Assembly (NCBI GenBank): GCA_028867755.1
Contig: JAGWFT010000001.1
Coordinates: 196,727-260,726 of the forward strand
DNA length: 64,000 bases
Direction of reading: 5' to 3'
Source of the DNA: Nitrososphaerota archaeon
Lineage (GTDB): Archaea > Thermoproteota > Nitrososphaeria > Nitrososphaerales > Nitrosopumilaceae
This document shows positions 17,395 through 27,277 of this stretch, one piece after another. Within the stretch, counting starts at the first letter, position 1; each line of letters opens with the position of its first letter. A program made the position numbers and the translations under genes. The notes under the pieces were generated by a model. It saw only the letters and a program-made list of their open reading frames with translations. It ran no database searches and was not told the DNA's origin.

Positions 17395-18282
17395 GTGAAT
17401 AATCAACACTTTTCACTAATTGTTCTAACTGTTACAATTTTTATGACTGGAATAACACAAACAGCGTTTGCTGATGATGCTCCTGCTCAAGTTTCTGATC
17501 CGGTGATTCCTCAGTGGATCAAAAATAATGCTGGTTGGTGGGCTAGCGGCCAAATAGGCGATTCCGACTTTATCAAAGGGATTCAATATATGGTCGAGAA
17601 TGAAATAATCAAGATTCCCATTACTCCAGGAGGAAACCTGCAAAACTCGAACCAAATTCCATCATGGATTAAGAACACTGCCAAGTGGTGGTCAGAAGAT
17701 CAAGTCAGTGATTCAGAGTTTGTAAAAGGTATGCAGTATCTTGTACAGGTTGGCATAATTCAGGTAGACCTTGTGAAACAAGTTAGTCCGGCTCAGGCTG
17801 CACAAATCCAACAAGCCAACCAAACAAATGAAATATCAACACAAGTTCCATCCTCATGCAACGTTCTTGACAATGATGTCTTACCTGATCCCACATGTAC
17901 CCCTGGAGTATCTGACCCGCAAGTAACACAAGATAACATTGATTCTACTATCTGCATTAGTGGATATGCATCATCAGTAAGACCACCAGTCTCCTATACT
18001 GAGCCATTGAAATTCAAGCTTATGGATGCCTATGGATATACAGATTCAGCAAGCGACTATGAACTGGATCATCTAATTCCTCTTGAGATTGGTGGTGCCC
18101 CGGCAGATGTAAGGAACCTTTGGCCTGAATCCCATTATACCACTCCAAGTTCCTATGACAAGGATGGATTTGAAAACTATCTGCATGATCAGGTATGCTC
18201 CGGAGCATTGGATCTTAAAACAGCACAGAATGAGATTGCCACTAACTGGGTCAAGTACTGGAATGAAGCTGGAAATCCATGA
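17395..18282 (+). CDS. Secreted protein: two PxWIK..WW repeats plus HNH-like nuclease domain
   Basis: Signal peptide; IPQWIKNNAGWW and IPSWIKNTAKWW; YELDHLIPLEIGGAPADVRNLWPE. Confidence 0.75.
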   Translation: MNNQHFSLIVLTVTIFMTGITQTAFADDAPAQVSDPVIPQWIKNNAGWWASGQIGDSDFIKGIQYMVENEIIKIPITPGGNLQNSNQIPSWIKNTAKWWSEDQVSDSEFVKGMQYLVQVGIIQVDLVKQVSPAQAAQIQQANQTNEISTQVPSSCNVLDNDVLPDPTCTPGVSDPQVTQDNIDSTICISGYASSVRPPVSYTEPLKFKLMDAYGYTDSASDYELDHLIPLEIGGAPADVRNLWPESHYTTPSSYDKDGFENYLHDQVCSGALDLKTAQNEIATNWVKYWNEAGNP

Positions 18283-18305
18283 AGTTTTAGTTATTTTAAA
18301 TCTGA

Positions 18306-18352
18306 AAAGTGGGCCCAAAAATACGACTATGATGGTACTCTGGTCCCCTGAC
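18306..18352 (+). repeat. 47-bp dispersed repeat, copy 1
   Basis: 38/47 ungapped identity to the reverse complement of 32488-32534. Confidence 0.75.
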
Positions 18353-18390
18353 CTGAACCATCAGCTAAACATACCCCTCAAAACTTAAGA

Positions 18391-19290
18391 ATGACTCACG
18401 GCTCGATGAGTCTGATGGCTAAATTTACTGTTCTTGGAGGACCTTCATCAGAACAGCTTGCAAAAAAAATAGCATCAAGGCTAAAATCAAGATACATCCC
18501 ATCTGAGCTGCGAACTTTTCCAGACGGTGAGAGCAAGGTAACTCTGAAGGGAAGACCAAGCGGAAAGATAATCGTAGTCCAGTCCATCCATCCCCCCGTT
18601 GATTCAAATCTTGTTCGTGCCTTGGCTCTTGTCTCGCAGGCAAGAAAGTACTCATCTCAAGTATATGCAGTAATTCCCTACCTAGGATATGCAAGGCAAG
18701 ACAGGGAATTTCTCCCAGGCGAGATTGTCACAATATCACTTGTGGCAAAGATGTTCAAGTCAGTTGGAGCATCAAGAATAATCATAGTTGATATTCACAG
18801 TATGAAAGCGCTCAATCTATTTCAAATTCCTACAAAAAATGTATCTGCAGTAGAAGAGCTTGTAAGATATTTCAAGAGATTAAAGCTAAAAAGTCCACTC
18901 GTGGTCTCTCCAGATATTGGTGGAATAGAACGAGCAAGAAACTTTGCACGTTTGCTTGGAACAGACCATATCGCATTAGAGAAACAAAGAGACAGAAGGA
19001 CAGGAGAGGTTGCAATAAAACAAGGAGATCATCATGATGTAAAAGGAAGAGACCTAATTCTAGTTGATGACATGATAAGCACTGGAGGCAGTATAGTAAA
19101 GGCTGCAGAATATTTGAAGAAACAAAAGTGCGGAAAGATATACGCAACATGTACTCATGCTCTTTTGATGGGAGATGCAGAAAAGAAGATCAAGCAAGCA
19201 GGAGTAACAAAGATTGTCAGTACCAATACTATACCTGGCAAGACAGGCATTGTTGATGTCTCTCCTGTAATTGCAAAGGCAATTAGCTGA
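18391..19290 (+). CDS. prs: Ribose-phosphate pyrophosphokinase
   Basis: FPDGESKV, PYLGYARQD, VVSPDIGG, LVDDMISTGGS; start may be 18406 or 18415. Confidence 0.95.
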   Translation: MTHGSMSLMAKFTVLGGPSSEQLAKKIASRLKSRYIPSELRTFPDGESKVTLKGRPSGKIIVVQSIHPPVDSNLVRALALVSQARKYSSQVYAVIPYLGYARQDREFLPGEIVTISLVAKMFKSVGASRIIIVDIHSMKALNLFQIPTKNVSAVEELVRYFKRLKLKSPLVVSPDIGGIERARNFARLLGTDHIALEKQRDRRTGEVAIKQGDHHDVKGRDLILVDDMISTGGSIVKAAEYLKKQKCGKIYATCTHALLMGDAEKKIKQAGVTKIVSTNTIPGKTGIVDVSPVIAKAIS

Positions 19291-20226
19291 ATGCCGCAAA
19301 GCTTTTTCATACTATCTGGTGAACAGCCAGAACTTGCAAAAGATGAGCTAGTTTCCATATCGAAGAGCTACGATCCCAAAGCAACATCGACTAAAGAATC
19401 AAGACTTGTAATAATCAAGTCTGCTGTACCGTGGGAAAAAATTGCCAAAAGAGCCACGTTTGTCAGAACTGGCGGCAGCATAGTAAGCACTTTGGATGAT
19501 ATATTAGAAACGAAATTGCATCTGTCAAAACCAAAGACATTTGCTTGCAGAGTCATCAACCTATCTTCAAAAAAAATCAACAAGGCAAAGATAGAAAGTG
19601 ATGCAGGTACAATACTCAAGGAAAAATGGGGCTCTAACGTATCCCTTTCAAATCCCATGGTTACTGTGTATTTTATCATTACCAATAACAAAAAGTATCT
19701 TGGCTATGCAGAAACCATGAGAGAACCAAAAAGGCCCAGAAAGACAATCAAGTACCCAACCGAGCTTGACTGGAAGCTTGCAAGATGCATGGTTAATTTG
19801 TCGCAGCTAAAGGAAGAAAAAACTATCTGCGATCCTTTTTGTGGAACTGGAACAATATTACTAGAAGCTGAATCTATGGGGATTCATTCCATAGGAATTG
19901 ATTTTGATGGAAAGATGTGCAATATTGCAGAAAAGAATCTTGTAGATAATGGATATGATTCCAAAGTAGTCAACTCAACCTATCACGATATACAAAAAAT
20001 CAAGGACAAGATAGATGCGGTGGTTACCGATGTACCATATGGAGTTGCATCAAGGACATCCATACCACCAAAAAGAGTACTACAGGATTTTCTATCTATA
20101 GTACCAAAGACAATGAAGCTTGTTATTGTATACAAGAAAGGTCTCGATGTTGATGAGCTAGGCAAAGCAAAAAAATACGAAATCTTTAGACACAAGAGCC
20201 TTACAAGAGTGATCGCTGTTACATGA
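19291..20226 (+). CDS. THUMP + SAM methyltransferase (Trm11-like tRNA m2G10)
   Basis: [28 protein letters not shown]. Confidence 0.8.
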   Translation: MPQSFFILSGEQPELAKDELVSISKSYDPKATSTKESRLVIIKSAVPWEKIAKRATFVRTGGSIVSTLDDILETKLHLSKPKTFACRVINLSSKKINKAKIESDAGTILKEKWGSNVSLSNPMVTVYFIITNNKKYLGYAETMREPKRPRKTIKYPTELDWKLARCMVNLSQLKEEKTICDPFCGTGTILLEAESMGIHSIGIDFDGKMCNIAEKNLVDNGYDSKVVNSTYHDIQKIKDKIDAVVTDVPYGVASRTSIPPKRVLQDFLSIVPKTMKLVIVYKKGLDVDELGKAKKYEIFRHKSLTRVIAVT

Positions 20227-21122
20227 AGCTAGTATTCTTGGGTACATCAGCTGCACAGCCAACAATGGAGCGCGGCATGACATGCATCTGCCTAGTTCTA
20301 GACAAAGAGATCCTGATGTTTGATGCAGGTGAAGGCGCCCAAGTTGCATTTCAAAAGGCCAAGCTTGGATGGAACAAAAAGATGAAGATCTTTGTTACTC
20401 ATTTACATGGAGACCATTGTGTTGGGATTCTTGGCCTGCTGCAGACAATGTCACTACAAAACAGAACAGAATCACTTGACATCTTTGGTCCGCCAGGAAT
20501 TGACGAATTTCTTGCAGCTAACCTGAAGATACTAAACTTTGGTCTTACTTTTCCTGTCAGAGTCATCAAAATAAAAGAAGGCCCTGTTTTTGATGATCCA
20601 GCATATACAATTCATGTTTGTGAGGCAGAACATTCCATTCCAGCCTATTCATACCTCTTTGCAGAGAAGGATAGACCAGGCAAGTTCTATCCTGAGAAGG
20701 CTAAACAACTAGGGGTTCCCGAAGGGGAGCTTTGGCATGAGCTTCAAAGCAGCAAGGAGGTAAAGATCGGTGAGAAGATAATCAGGCCATCTGATGTAAT
20801 GGGTGAGAAAAGATCTGGTAGAAAAATAGGCATATCAGGAGACACAAGACCTACAAAGAAGCTGGAGGAATTTTTCAAGGGCTGTGACTATATCACCTTT
20901 GATTCCACATATTCTGATACATTGCGTGACAAGGCAAAAGAGAATTATCATTCAACATCAGTTGAAGCTGCAGAGCTTGCAAAAAGAGCTGGAGTCTCAA
21001 ATCTTATCCTGACACACTTCTCAGCAAGATATGATGATGCGAAAGAGCTGGTAAAGGAGGCAGAGGCAGTTCATGGTTCTGTGATTGCAGCAAAAGATCT
21101 CATGGAAATTGAGATCAAGTAA
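20223..21122 (+). CDS. rnz: Ribonuclease Z
   Basis: [17 protein letters not shown], exosite [17 protein letters not shown]. Confidence 0.95.
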   Translation: MKLVFLGTSAAQPTMERGMTCICLVLDKEILMFDAGEGAQVAFQKAKLGWNKKMKIFVTHLHGDHCVGILGLLQTMSLQNRTESLDIFGPPGIDEFLAANLKILNFGLTFPVRVIKIKEGPVFDDPAYTIHVCEAEHSIPAYSYLFAEKDRPGKFYPEKAKQLGVPEGELWHELQSSKEVKIGEKIIRPSDVMGEKRSGRKIGISGDTRPTKKLEEFFKGCDYITFDSTYSDTLRDKAKENYHSTSVEAAELAKRAGVSNLILTHFSARYDDAKELVKEAEAVHGSVIAAKDLMEIEIK

Positions 21123-21123
21123 C

Positions 21124-21843
21124 ATGTTGGAACAAATATCTAACAAGCTAAAGCAGGCAGAAAAAATAATCTTTGTTACCGGTGCGGGAATTTCCCAAGA
21201 ATCTGGCATTCCAACCTTTAGGGGTAAAGATGGATTATGGCGAAAATATGATCCCATGAAGCTTGCTACAATAGATGCCTTTTACGAAGATCCAAAGCTT
21301 GTCTGGGAATGGTACGAGGAAAGAAGAAGGAACATACTTGCTGCCAAACCAAACCCGGGACATCTTGCAATAGTGCAGCTTGAAAAGGAAAAACCAGTTC
21401 ATGTATTGACACAAAATATTGATGGCTTGCATCAGAGAGCCGGGAGCAAAAGTGTCTATGAGCTTCATGGAAGTATTATTACAATCAAATGTACAGTATG
21501 TGACTTTAAGGACAAGATATCAACAAGTTTTTCTGAACTTCCGCCTCTATGTAAATGCGGAAATATTCTAAGGCCAGATGTGGTGTGGTTTGGAGAATCT
21601 CTGCCGCAGGATGTTTGGCAGGCTGCTATTTCTCAAGCAAGCTCTTGTGATACCATGATAGTTGTTGGAACATCGCTTGCAGTATCACCTGCAAATCTAT
21701 TGCCAGTTTATGCCAAGCAAAATGGCGCGATATTAATTGAGGTCAATCCAGAAGAGACTCCTATGTCTGGGACCATGGATATTTCGATTCGCTCATCAGC
21801 TGCAAAGGCCTTGCCTGAGCTTCTCACTGTATTTCAGAGATAA
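21124..21843 (+). CDS. cobB: NAD-dependent protein deacylase (sirtuin)
   Basis: TGAGISQESGIPTFRG, TQNIDGLH, ELHGS, RPDVVWFGE. Confidence 0.95.
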   Translation: MLEQISNKLKQAEKIIFVTGAGISQESGIPTFRGKDGLWRKYDPMKLATIDAFYEDPKLVWEWYEERRRNILAAKPNPGHLAIVQLEKEKPVHVLTQNIDGLHQRAGSKSVYELHGSIITIKCTVCDFKDKISTSFSELPPLCKCGNILRPDVVWFGESLPQDVWQAAISQASSCDTMIVVGTSLAVSPANLLPVYAKQNGAILIEVNPEETPMSGTMDISIRSSAAKALPELLTVFQR

Positions 21844-22012
21844 ACTGTAAAAAATTATTCAAAAAAAGCACTGTTCTCATTGAATTGTTATTATCAATAA
21901 AAGAATTATTGAAAATACAATTATTAGTTGTAATAATTATGATCAATTGTTAAATATCATGAAAACGTATAATGATTAATGAAGAAAGACGCAAATTCTA
22001 ACGACTGAATTT

Positions 22013-22098
22013 GCGTGGTCCTGTGAAAAACAGTACATAGTAGGTGCACAAAGGTGCGCAAGTGGCAAGAGAATGCTTTTGCCTATACAGGACCACGC
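22013..22098 (+). repeat. ~85-nt structured intergenic element E2
   Basis: Perfect 12-bp arms gcgtggtcctgt/acaggaccacgc enclosing two hairpins. Confidence 0.6.
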
Positions 22099-22217
22099 CT
22101 TTACATTTTCTAAGTTATTTTAAACAAAATTTCTGTACTGGTATCAACTGTTAGTTCAAAAACTGAAGACTCGTGAAAACAGATTTGACCAGATTGTAAG
22201 GTACAGCTAAAATAGCT

Positions 22218-22607
22218 TTAGTGTGCGGTTTCTAAGACTTGCTTGAAATGTCTCGGTTTTTTGTCTCTGAATACATTGATAGCACAATAACGGGTAGAAA
22301 ATTCTCCCATCTGTTCAAGTATTGGTTTTAGATTTTTACCCTTCTCGGTGAGAGCATATTCTACTCGAAGTGGCATTTCTGGATAAACGTGCCTTGTAAT
22401 CAATCCATCACGTTCCATTTCTCTTAACCTCAACGAAAGAGTTTTGGAATTTATTTCTTCAACAGAGTCTAATAGTTCATTGAACCTTGTGTGATGGTAT
22501 AGGATCATATTTCGTAAAATTAACACCGTAAATTTTTTTCCAATTAGATCAAACGTGTTGTATATTGGGCAAACTTTCAAATTATCTTTACTCATTAATT
22601 GAGCCAA
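22218..22607 (-). CDS. HxlR family transcriptional regulator
   Basis: CPIYNTFDLIGKKFTVLILR..RFNEL..INSKTLSLRLREMERDGLI..RVEYALTEKG. Confidence 0.9.
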   Translation of the reverse strand: MAQLMSKDNLKVCPIYNTFDLIGKKFTVLILRNMILYHHTRFNELLDSVEEINSKTLSLRLREMERDGLITRHVYPEMPLRVEYALTEKGKNLKPILEQMGEFSTRYCAINVFRDKKPRHFKQVLETAH

Positions 22608-22688
22608 GTTACTTTTTTCTCACCTGATTACAATTTTGTTACTTTCTGTTTAATATAGGTTACCTTTCTTTATCTAGTTATGAAAGGT

Positions 22689-22697
22689 AAGGAGGTG
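22689..22697 (+). promoter_or_regulatory. Strong Shine-Dalgarno (AAGGAGGTG) for the DsrE-like gene
   Basis: 5 nt upstream of ATG 22703. Confidence 0.75.
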
Positions 22698-22702
22698 AAA
22701 AA

Positions 22703-23059
22703 ATGACTAAAGTGGCAGTGTTTGTGTTTGCTGATGTAGGTACACATGAAGGTTTGGGACGTGTGGTAAATGCGTTAGAAGCTGTTAAGCAATTTAAAGA
22801 AGCAAGAGATGATGTCAGGCTTTACTTTGACGGTACAGGTCCAAAATGGATTCATGAATTATCCAAAAAGGATCACATAGCTCACGATTTATTTGAAACT
22901 GTGAAAGATAAACTCGAAGGAGCTTGTTTATTCTGTGCAAAAGCATTTGGTGCCAAAGATGCAGTACAAGAATGCAAAGTGGACCTCATTGATGAAAAAG
23001 ATCAACATATAGATGTAAGAAAGCTTGTCTCAAATGGCTTCCTAATAATGAATTTTTAG
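22703..23059 (+). CDS. DsrE-like protein
   Basis: RVVNALEAVK..VRLYFDGTG..GACLFCAKAFG. Confidence 0.75.
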   Translation: MTKVAVFVFADVGTHEGLGRVVNALEAVKQFKEARDDVRLYFDGTGPKWIHELSKKDHIAHDLFETVKDKLEGACLFCAKAFGAKDAVQECKVDLIDEKDQHIDVRKLVSNGFLIMNF

Positions 23060-23150
23060 GGCTTGAAATATTGGAGTAATAAATTCCAAACAATTTCTTT
23101 TTTAATTTATTTTGTAGATTCTAGTTCTGTAAGGTTGGACTCACAGGTTT

Positions 23151-23236
23151 GAGCTCCTGAAGATTTGAGTTTTATCTGATGCAAACAATATCGGATAATC
23201 AAACAAATCTATTATGTTACAACCTCAGGGCCACGC
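23151..23236 (+). repeat. ~85-nt structured intergenic element E3
   Basis: Nested stems cctga/tcagg, agatttg/caaatct, ttatctgat/atcggataa; ends agggccacgc. Confidence 0.5.
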
Positions 23237-23311
23237 TATCACACATTTTCTGATTCATTCTCTAAACAAGGTTTGAACGACAGAAGCATCTTTTTGAGGT
23301 TGTAAGGAATT

Positions 23312-24307
23312 CTAGTTTGTAAATATTCCTGATATTGTTGAATTTTGAATATTAGACGGAGTATAGACAGAAGCATGCAATGTCCCATAGATTGCATTTT
23401 GAATTGTCATTTCTATTATGTGCGGAGTATTTGGGACATCGTATACTTCAGTATGAAATTGTGATGCATAAAAAGTGCCAGAGAACAAGATCTTCTCGTT
23501 GTTTTTCATAGTTACTATAACTTGTGTGGTCTGACCAGTTGTATCATCATATGAGAGTATGATGCCTGTTCCTTGGTTTACTGCATTTAACTGAATAGTT
23601 TGGAAGTAGGCAGGAGTTGATGGGTTTGAGTTTTGATCATTAGAACTTGCTTGACTAGTATTTGTGAGGGATGGATTGGAAGGTGTTGTAGTTGATGGAT
23701 TGGAAGGTGTTGTAGTTGATGGATTGGAAGGTGTTGTAGTTGATGGATTGGAAGGTGTTGTAGTTGATGGATTCGAGCTTCCACCATTATTTGAACCTAC
23801 ATATGGATTAATCTGAATATTACTTCCCTGATCAGGTGACTGCGTGTAGTTTTCTTTTGGCGTGGTTGTTGTCACCTGTACTGGCTTGTTTACTGGGAGC
23901 ATACAGTTTGGAACTTGAATTATGTGAGTTAGTTCTGTCTGCCCGTTAATAGTTTCCGCCATGCCTGGAACCGAGACTTGGCAAGTATCATTTGTGTTCT
24001 GAAAAACTTGTCCCGTATAGGTTTGCTTAACCACCTCTTGTGGTGAAAGCTGTGTTAAAGTCTGCCCTGCATTTTGATTATGGGTATTGCTTGATTGTTC
24101 GCTAGTGTTACCAGCGCTAGAATTTGTAAGTGTACTACCATATCCAATTGAACTTGTGTTGTTTCCTTGTAAATGATTTGTGGCATAGTCAATGTGTTCT
24201 TTGATTGTATCAAGTGCAGGAACGTGTGAGTTTCCCTTCACTAAATTAGGTACAATAACAATTACTGCTATGGCTATTATTCCAAATGCGACTAGTTTTC
24301 CTATCAA
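23312..24307 (-). CDS. N-terminally anchored exported protein with SNPSTTTP repeats
   Basis: N-terminal TM, Ser/Thr/Asn-rich linkers, C-terminal beta domain. Confidence 0.75.
   Translation of the reverse strand: MIGKLVAFGIIAIAVIVIVPNLVKGNSHVPALDTIKEHIDYATNHLQGNNTSSIGYGSTLTNSSAGNTSEQSSNTHNQNAGQTLTQLSPQEVVKQTYTGQVFQNTNDTCQVSVPGMAETINGQTELTHIIQVPNCMLPVNKPVQVTTTTPKENYTQSPDQGSNIQINPYVGSNNGGSSNPSTTTPSNPSTTTPSNPSTTTPSNPSTTTPSNPSLTNTSQASSNDQNSNPSTPAYFQTIQLNAVNQGTGIILSYDDTTGQTTQVIVTMKNNEKILFSGTFYASQFHTEVYDVPNTPHIIEMTIQNAIYGTLHASVYTPSNIQNSTISGIFTN
23670..23773. repeat. 24-bp tandem repeat x4 plus partial (gatggattggaaggtgttgtagtt)
   Basis: Directly visible; encodes SNPSTTTP. Confidence 0.95.
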
Positions 24308-24382
24308 CCAGTATCACATATTGGAGTTTTAATAAAAAATGTATAACGCATACAATTTGAGTAAATGTAGAAAAAATTCTAG

Positions 24383-24796
24383 TTATTCAACAAACTCAGG
24401 CGCAAGCCAGTCAACTACTTTTTCCAGATCGTTACAGTGTATGATTATCTTGATTGGTCCCATGGGAGACTCTTCTGCTTCATCACAGATAGCAATAACA
24501 TCAACATATGCTGCCTGCTTGTTAAGATAGAACCAAGTGGTATCGCCTTTTGTATTGTATCGCATCTGTCTTCTGTATACTTTGTTTACTCTACGTTTTT
24601 GTATTGTTTCTTGAATCTTTGACAGAGAATGTAGATCTCTAGAGATCGCCTTTATGCTTCCATCCTTGTATTCATAATCAGTATCCAAGATTACATTAGA
24701 CACAGCAGTTCTGATCTTTTCCGGATCTTCTGATGGATTGACTGCAGCGTATGTTTCTATCTTACATGCAATATTGGGGACTTTCACTTTGTCCAA
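24383..24796 (-). CDS. UPF0201/DUF54 RNA-binding domain protein
   Basis: AAVNPSEDPEKIRTAVSN..FYLNKQAAYV..ESPMGPIKI. Confidence 0.85.
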   Translation of the reverse strand: MDKVKVPNIACKIETYAAVNPSEDPEKIRTAVSNVILDTDYEYKDGSIKAISRDLHSLSKIQETIQKRRVNKVYRRQMRYNTKGDTTWFYLNKQAAYVDVIAICDEAEESPMGPIKIIIHCNDLEKVVDWLAPEFVE

Positions 24797-25332
24797 CCTT
24801 TGATGATATCATATGCAGTGTTCACAAGATGTTCTATTGTTAGATTGTTATTAGAGATTGTTTCATCAGCAAGGGCAATCGATTCACTCATACCAACCCC
24901 AATTTCCCTAGAGTCCCTTTTTGTAAAATCTTCTCTGTCTGACGGAGCATCAGACCTGCCACGCCCTGTTAAGAACTTGAATCTGGTATCACCTGATGCA
25001 TGTATTGCAAGAACTTTTACGGTGCCGATTTTTTTTAATACCTCAACTTCTGCAAGCGACCTTACTCCGTCAACTAGCACAACATCTGAACTTGAATTTA
25101 ATATCTGATCTTTGATTAACTCAGCTACTGCACCAGGACCATTTTTTTCTCGAAGATCAAGCATGAGTTTGCCTAAATTTGCACCGGTAGGTTCAATTTT
25201 TCTTCTTGTCGCCTCTGCTCTTACAGCATCTCCCATTGTTATTTTATCAAATCCTTTTGAACTTAGGGCCTCAGCTATGGTAGTCTTGCCGGCACCAGGC
25301 ATTCCTGTTAAACAGACAATAAGCTTTGTCAC
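24784..25332 (-). CDS. Archaeal dephospho-CoA kinase-like P-loop kinase
   Basis: LTGMPGAGKTT, MGDAVR, VDGVRS, RGRSDAP. Confidence 0.8.
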   Translation of the reverse strand: MTKLIVCLTGMPGAGKTTIAEALSSKGFDKITMGDAVRAEATRRKIEPTGANLGKLMLDLREKNGPGAVAELIKDQILNSSSDVVLVDGVRSLAEVEVLKKIGTVKVLAIHASGDTRFKFLTGRGRSDAPSDREDFTKRDSREIGVGMSESIALADETISNNNLTIEHLVNTAYDIIKGWTK

Positions 25333-25403
25333 ATTCGCAAATTCGACTCTCCAGTCTATGAAGCTACCGGAAAATCATTATAGACTCTGGGTTCTGAATT
25401 TCT

Positions 25404-25946
25404 ATGATGCGTACATTTGTAGCAGTAGAAGTTCACAGTGAAGATGTACTAGATGCAATAGCTAATCTACAGACAGATTTTGACATAAAGGCAAGTCCTG
25501 TTAACAGACAAAACATGCACTTCACGCTGCTTTTCTTGGGAGAGATAATGGATAATGTTGCAGAAGATGTAAAAAAATCACTTTCAGGTATTGCCTTTGA
25601 ACCAATTGAATTAAGTTTTACTCATCTTGGTGCATTTCCAAATCCAAAATTTCCTCGAGTAATTTGGATTGGTGTGGATGAGATCGCTTCTGAACAGCTT
25701 GTGGAACTTGCTACTCAAGTCGAGAAAAAACTAGCACCTCTGGGATTCAAGTCAGACAAGCCATTCAAACCACATCTCACCATATTTAGAGTGAAGAACA
25801 AGATGGATGATATTTCAAAAAAGATAGAAAAATACAGGCAGGTAAACCTTGGAAAAGATGTCATTTGTGAGCTAAAGTTCAAGAAAAGTATCTTAACTTC
25901 AAATGGGCCGATATATTCTGATTTACAGGTGATAAAGGCACAATGA
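25404..25946 (+). CDS. thpR: RNA 2',3'-cyclic phosphodiesterase (2'-5' RNA ligase family)
   Basis: Two 2H motifs HFTL and HLTI; MRTFVAV. Confidence 0.9.
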   Translation: MMRTFVAVEVHSEDVLDAIANLQTDFDIKASPVNRQNMHFTLLFLGEIMDNVAEDVKKSLSGIAFEPIELSFTHLGAFPNPKFPRVIWIGVDEIASEQLVELATQVEKKLAPLGFKSDKPFKPHLTIFRVKNKMDDISKKIEKYRQVNLGKDVICELKFKKSILTSNGPIYSDLQVIKAQ

Positions 25947-27277
25947 CCCGTATCTTAGAGCAGGCAAGAAAGATTTCTGTTCCTACAAAAAAGGAAGAGG
26001 AAAAGATGAAGAAACTAGCTGATTCCCTAGTAAAGAAGGTAAGAGACGAGGCCTCCAAATATTCCCAGGTTGTAACAGTGGAACTTGGAGGTTCTTATGC
26101 AAAGGGAACTTGGCTCAAGGGACAGATGGACTTGGACATATTTGTCAAGCTAAAAACCGATACTGATGAGAAGACATTTGAGAATATTGGAAGAAAAATT
26201 GGCTTTGATTCCATGAAAAGATATGTGCCATTTGTAAGATATTCTGAGCATCCATATGTAGAGGCAAGAGCGGAAGGAACTCGAGTAAACGTAGTACCGT
26301 GCTATGATGTTGAGCGGGGACAATGGAAGAGTGCTGCTGACAGATCTTCATTTCATACAAGATTCATTTTGGAAACATTTGATGAAAATAAAAAGAATGA
26401 GGTACGTCTTTTAAAAAAATTCCTAAGAGGTGGAGGAATTTATGGTGCAGAAATTGCCATAGAGGGCTTTGGTGGATATGTTGCAGAGGTTCTGATATAT
26501 CACTATGGAACATTTATGGGAGTTTTAGAAGCTGCATCAAACTTTGTCCAGGGCCAGACAGTAGGAAACCCGGCAAAGAAATTTGAGACAGCACTTGTAC
26601 TAATTGACCCAGTTGACAGCAACCGAAATCTTGGTACAGCAATCTCTGGCCAAAATGTTGCAAAGTTTATTCTAGCTGCTAGATCATTTCTCAAAAAACC
26701 TTCAATTGCATTCTTTTCTGGCAAGAAAAGAAATCCTAATGCAAAGAATCTGAAAAATACAATAATTATAAAATTCAACTACAAAAGGCGAAGCCCTGAT
26801 ATAATTTGGGGACAGATAAAACGTAGCACAACAGCATTAGCAGGCCAGCTTGAGCTTGGAGGATTTGATGTTCTGCGCAAGAGTGCAGTAACTGATGAAG
26901 AATCAGAAGCAGCTATGGTCTTCCTTCTTGGTTCACCTGTAATTGAAAAATTCATGGTCAAAAATGGACCTGAGGTATACAGAAAGTCAGACTCGGAACA
27001 CTTTATTGCAAAAAATTCAAAGAATATCCTGACCTGGGTTGATGACAACGGAAAGGTCTTGTCTATGCAGGAAAGGGAGTTCCATGATGCCAAAAAGTTC
27101 TTGGAATCTCTCTTGAGAAAGGACTTGGCAAACTCTGGTGTGCCAAGCGGCATCATGCCAGACATCAAGCGTGGCTTTAGGATACTCTACGGTGACCAGC
27201 CCGTAAGCAAATCCATTAAAAAGGCATTGGCTGTGCTTACCTCTACCGATGGACTCGTCTTTAGTACCAACAAGTAA
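25943..27277 (+). CDS. cca: Class I CCA-adding enzyme
   Basis: GGSYAKGTWL..DLDIF, YSEHPY, AADRSSFH, GFGGY. Confidence 0.95.
   Translation: MTRILEQARKISVPTKKEEEKMKKLADSLVKKVRDEASKYSQVVTVELGGSYAKGTWLKGQMDLDIFVKLKTDTDEKTFENIGRKIGFDSMKRYVPFVRYSEHPYVEARAEGTRVNVVPCYDVERGQWKSAADRSSFHTRFILETFDENKKNEVRLLKKFLRGGGIYGAEIAIEGFGGYVAEVLIYHYGTFMGVLEAASNFVQGQTVGNPAKKFETALVLIDPVDSNRNLGTAISGQNVAKFILAARSFLKKPSIAFFSGKKRNPNAKNLKNTIIIKFNYKRRSPDIIWGQIKRSTTALAGQLELGGFDVLRKSAVTDEESEAAMVFLLGSPVIEKFMVKNGPEVYRKSDSEHFIAKNSKNILTWVDDNGKVLSMQEREFHDAKKFLESLLRKDLANSGVPSGIMPDIKRGFRILYGDQPVSKSIKKALAVLTSTDGLVFSTNK

Noticed and set aside
11111-23236. E elements as integron attC sites or pistol/hammerhead ribozymes
   Set aside because: No proper RYYYAAC/GTTRRRY boxes and no integrase; AGGGCCACG recalls pistol P1 but the required short loop and pseudoknot are absent; no CUGANGA/GAAA core
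3710-23773. Tandem repeats as CRISPR arrays
   Set aside because: Contiguous units with no unique spacers, inside coding frames; no cas genes
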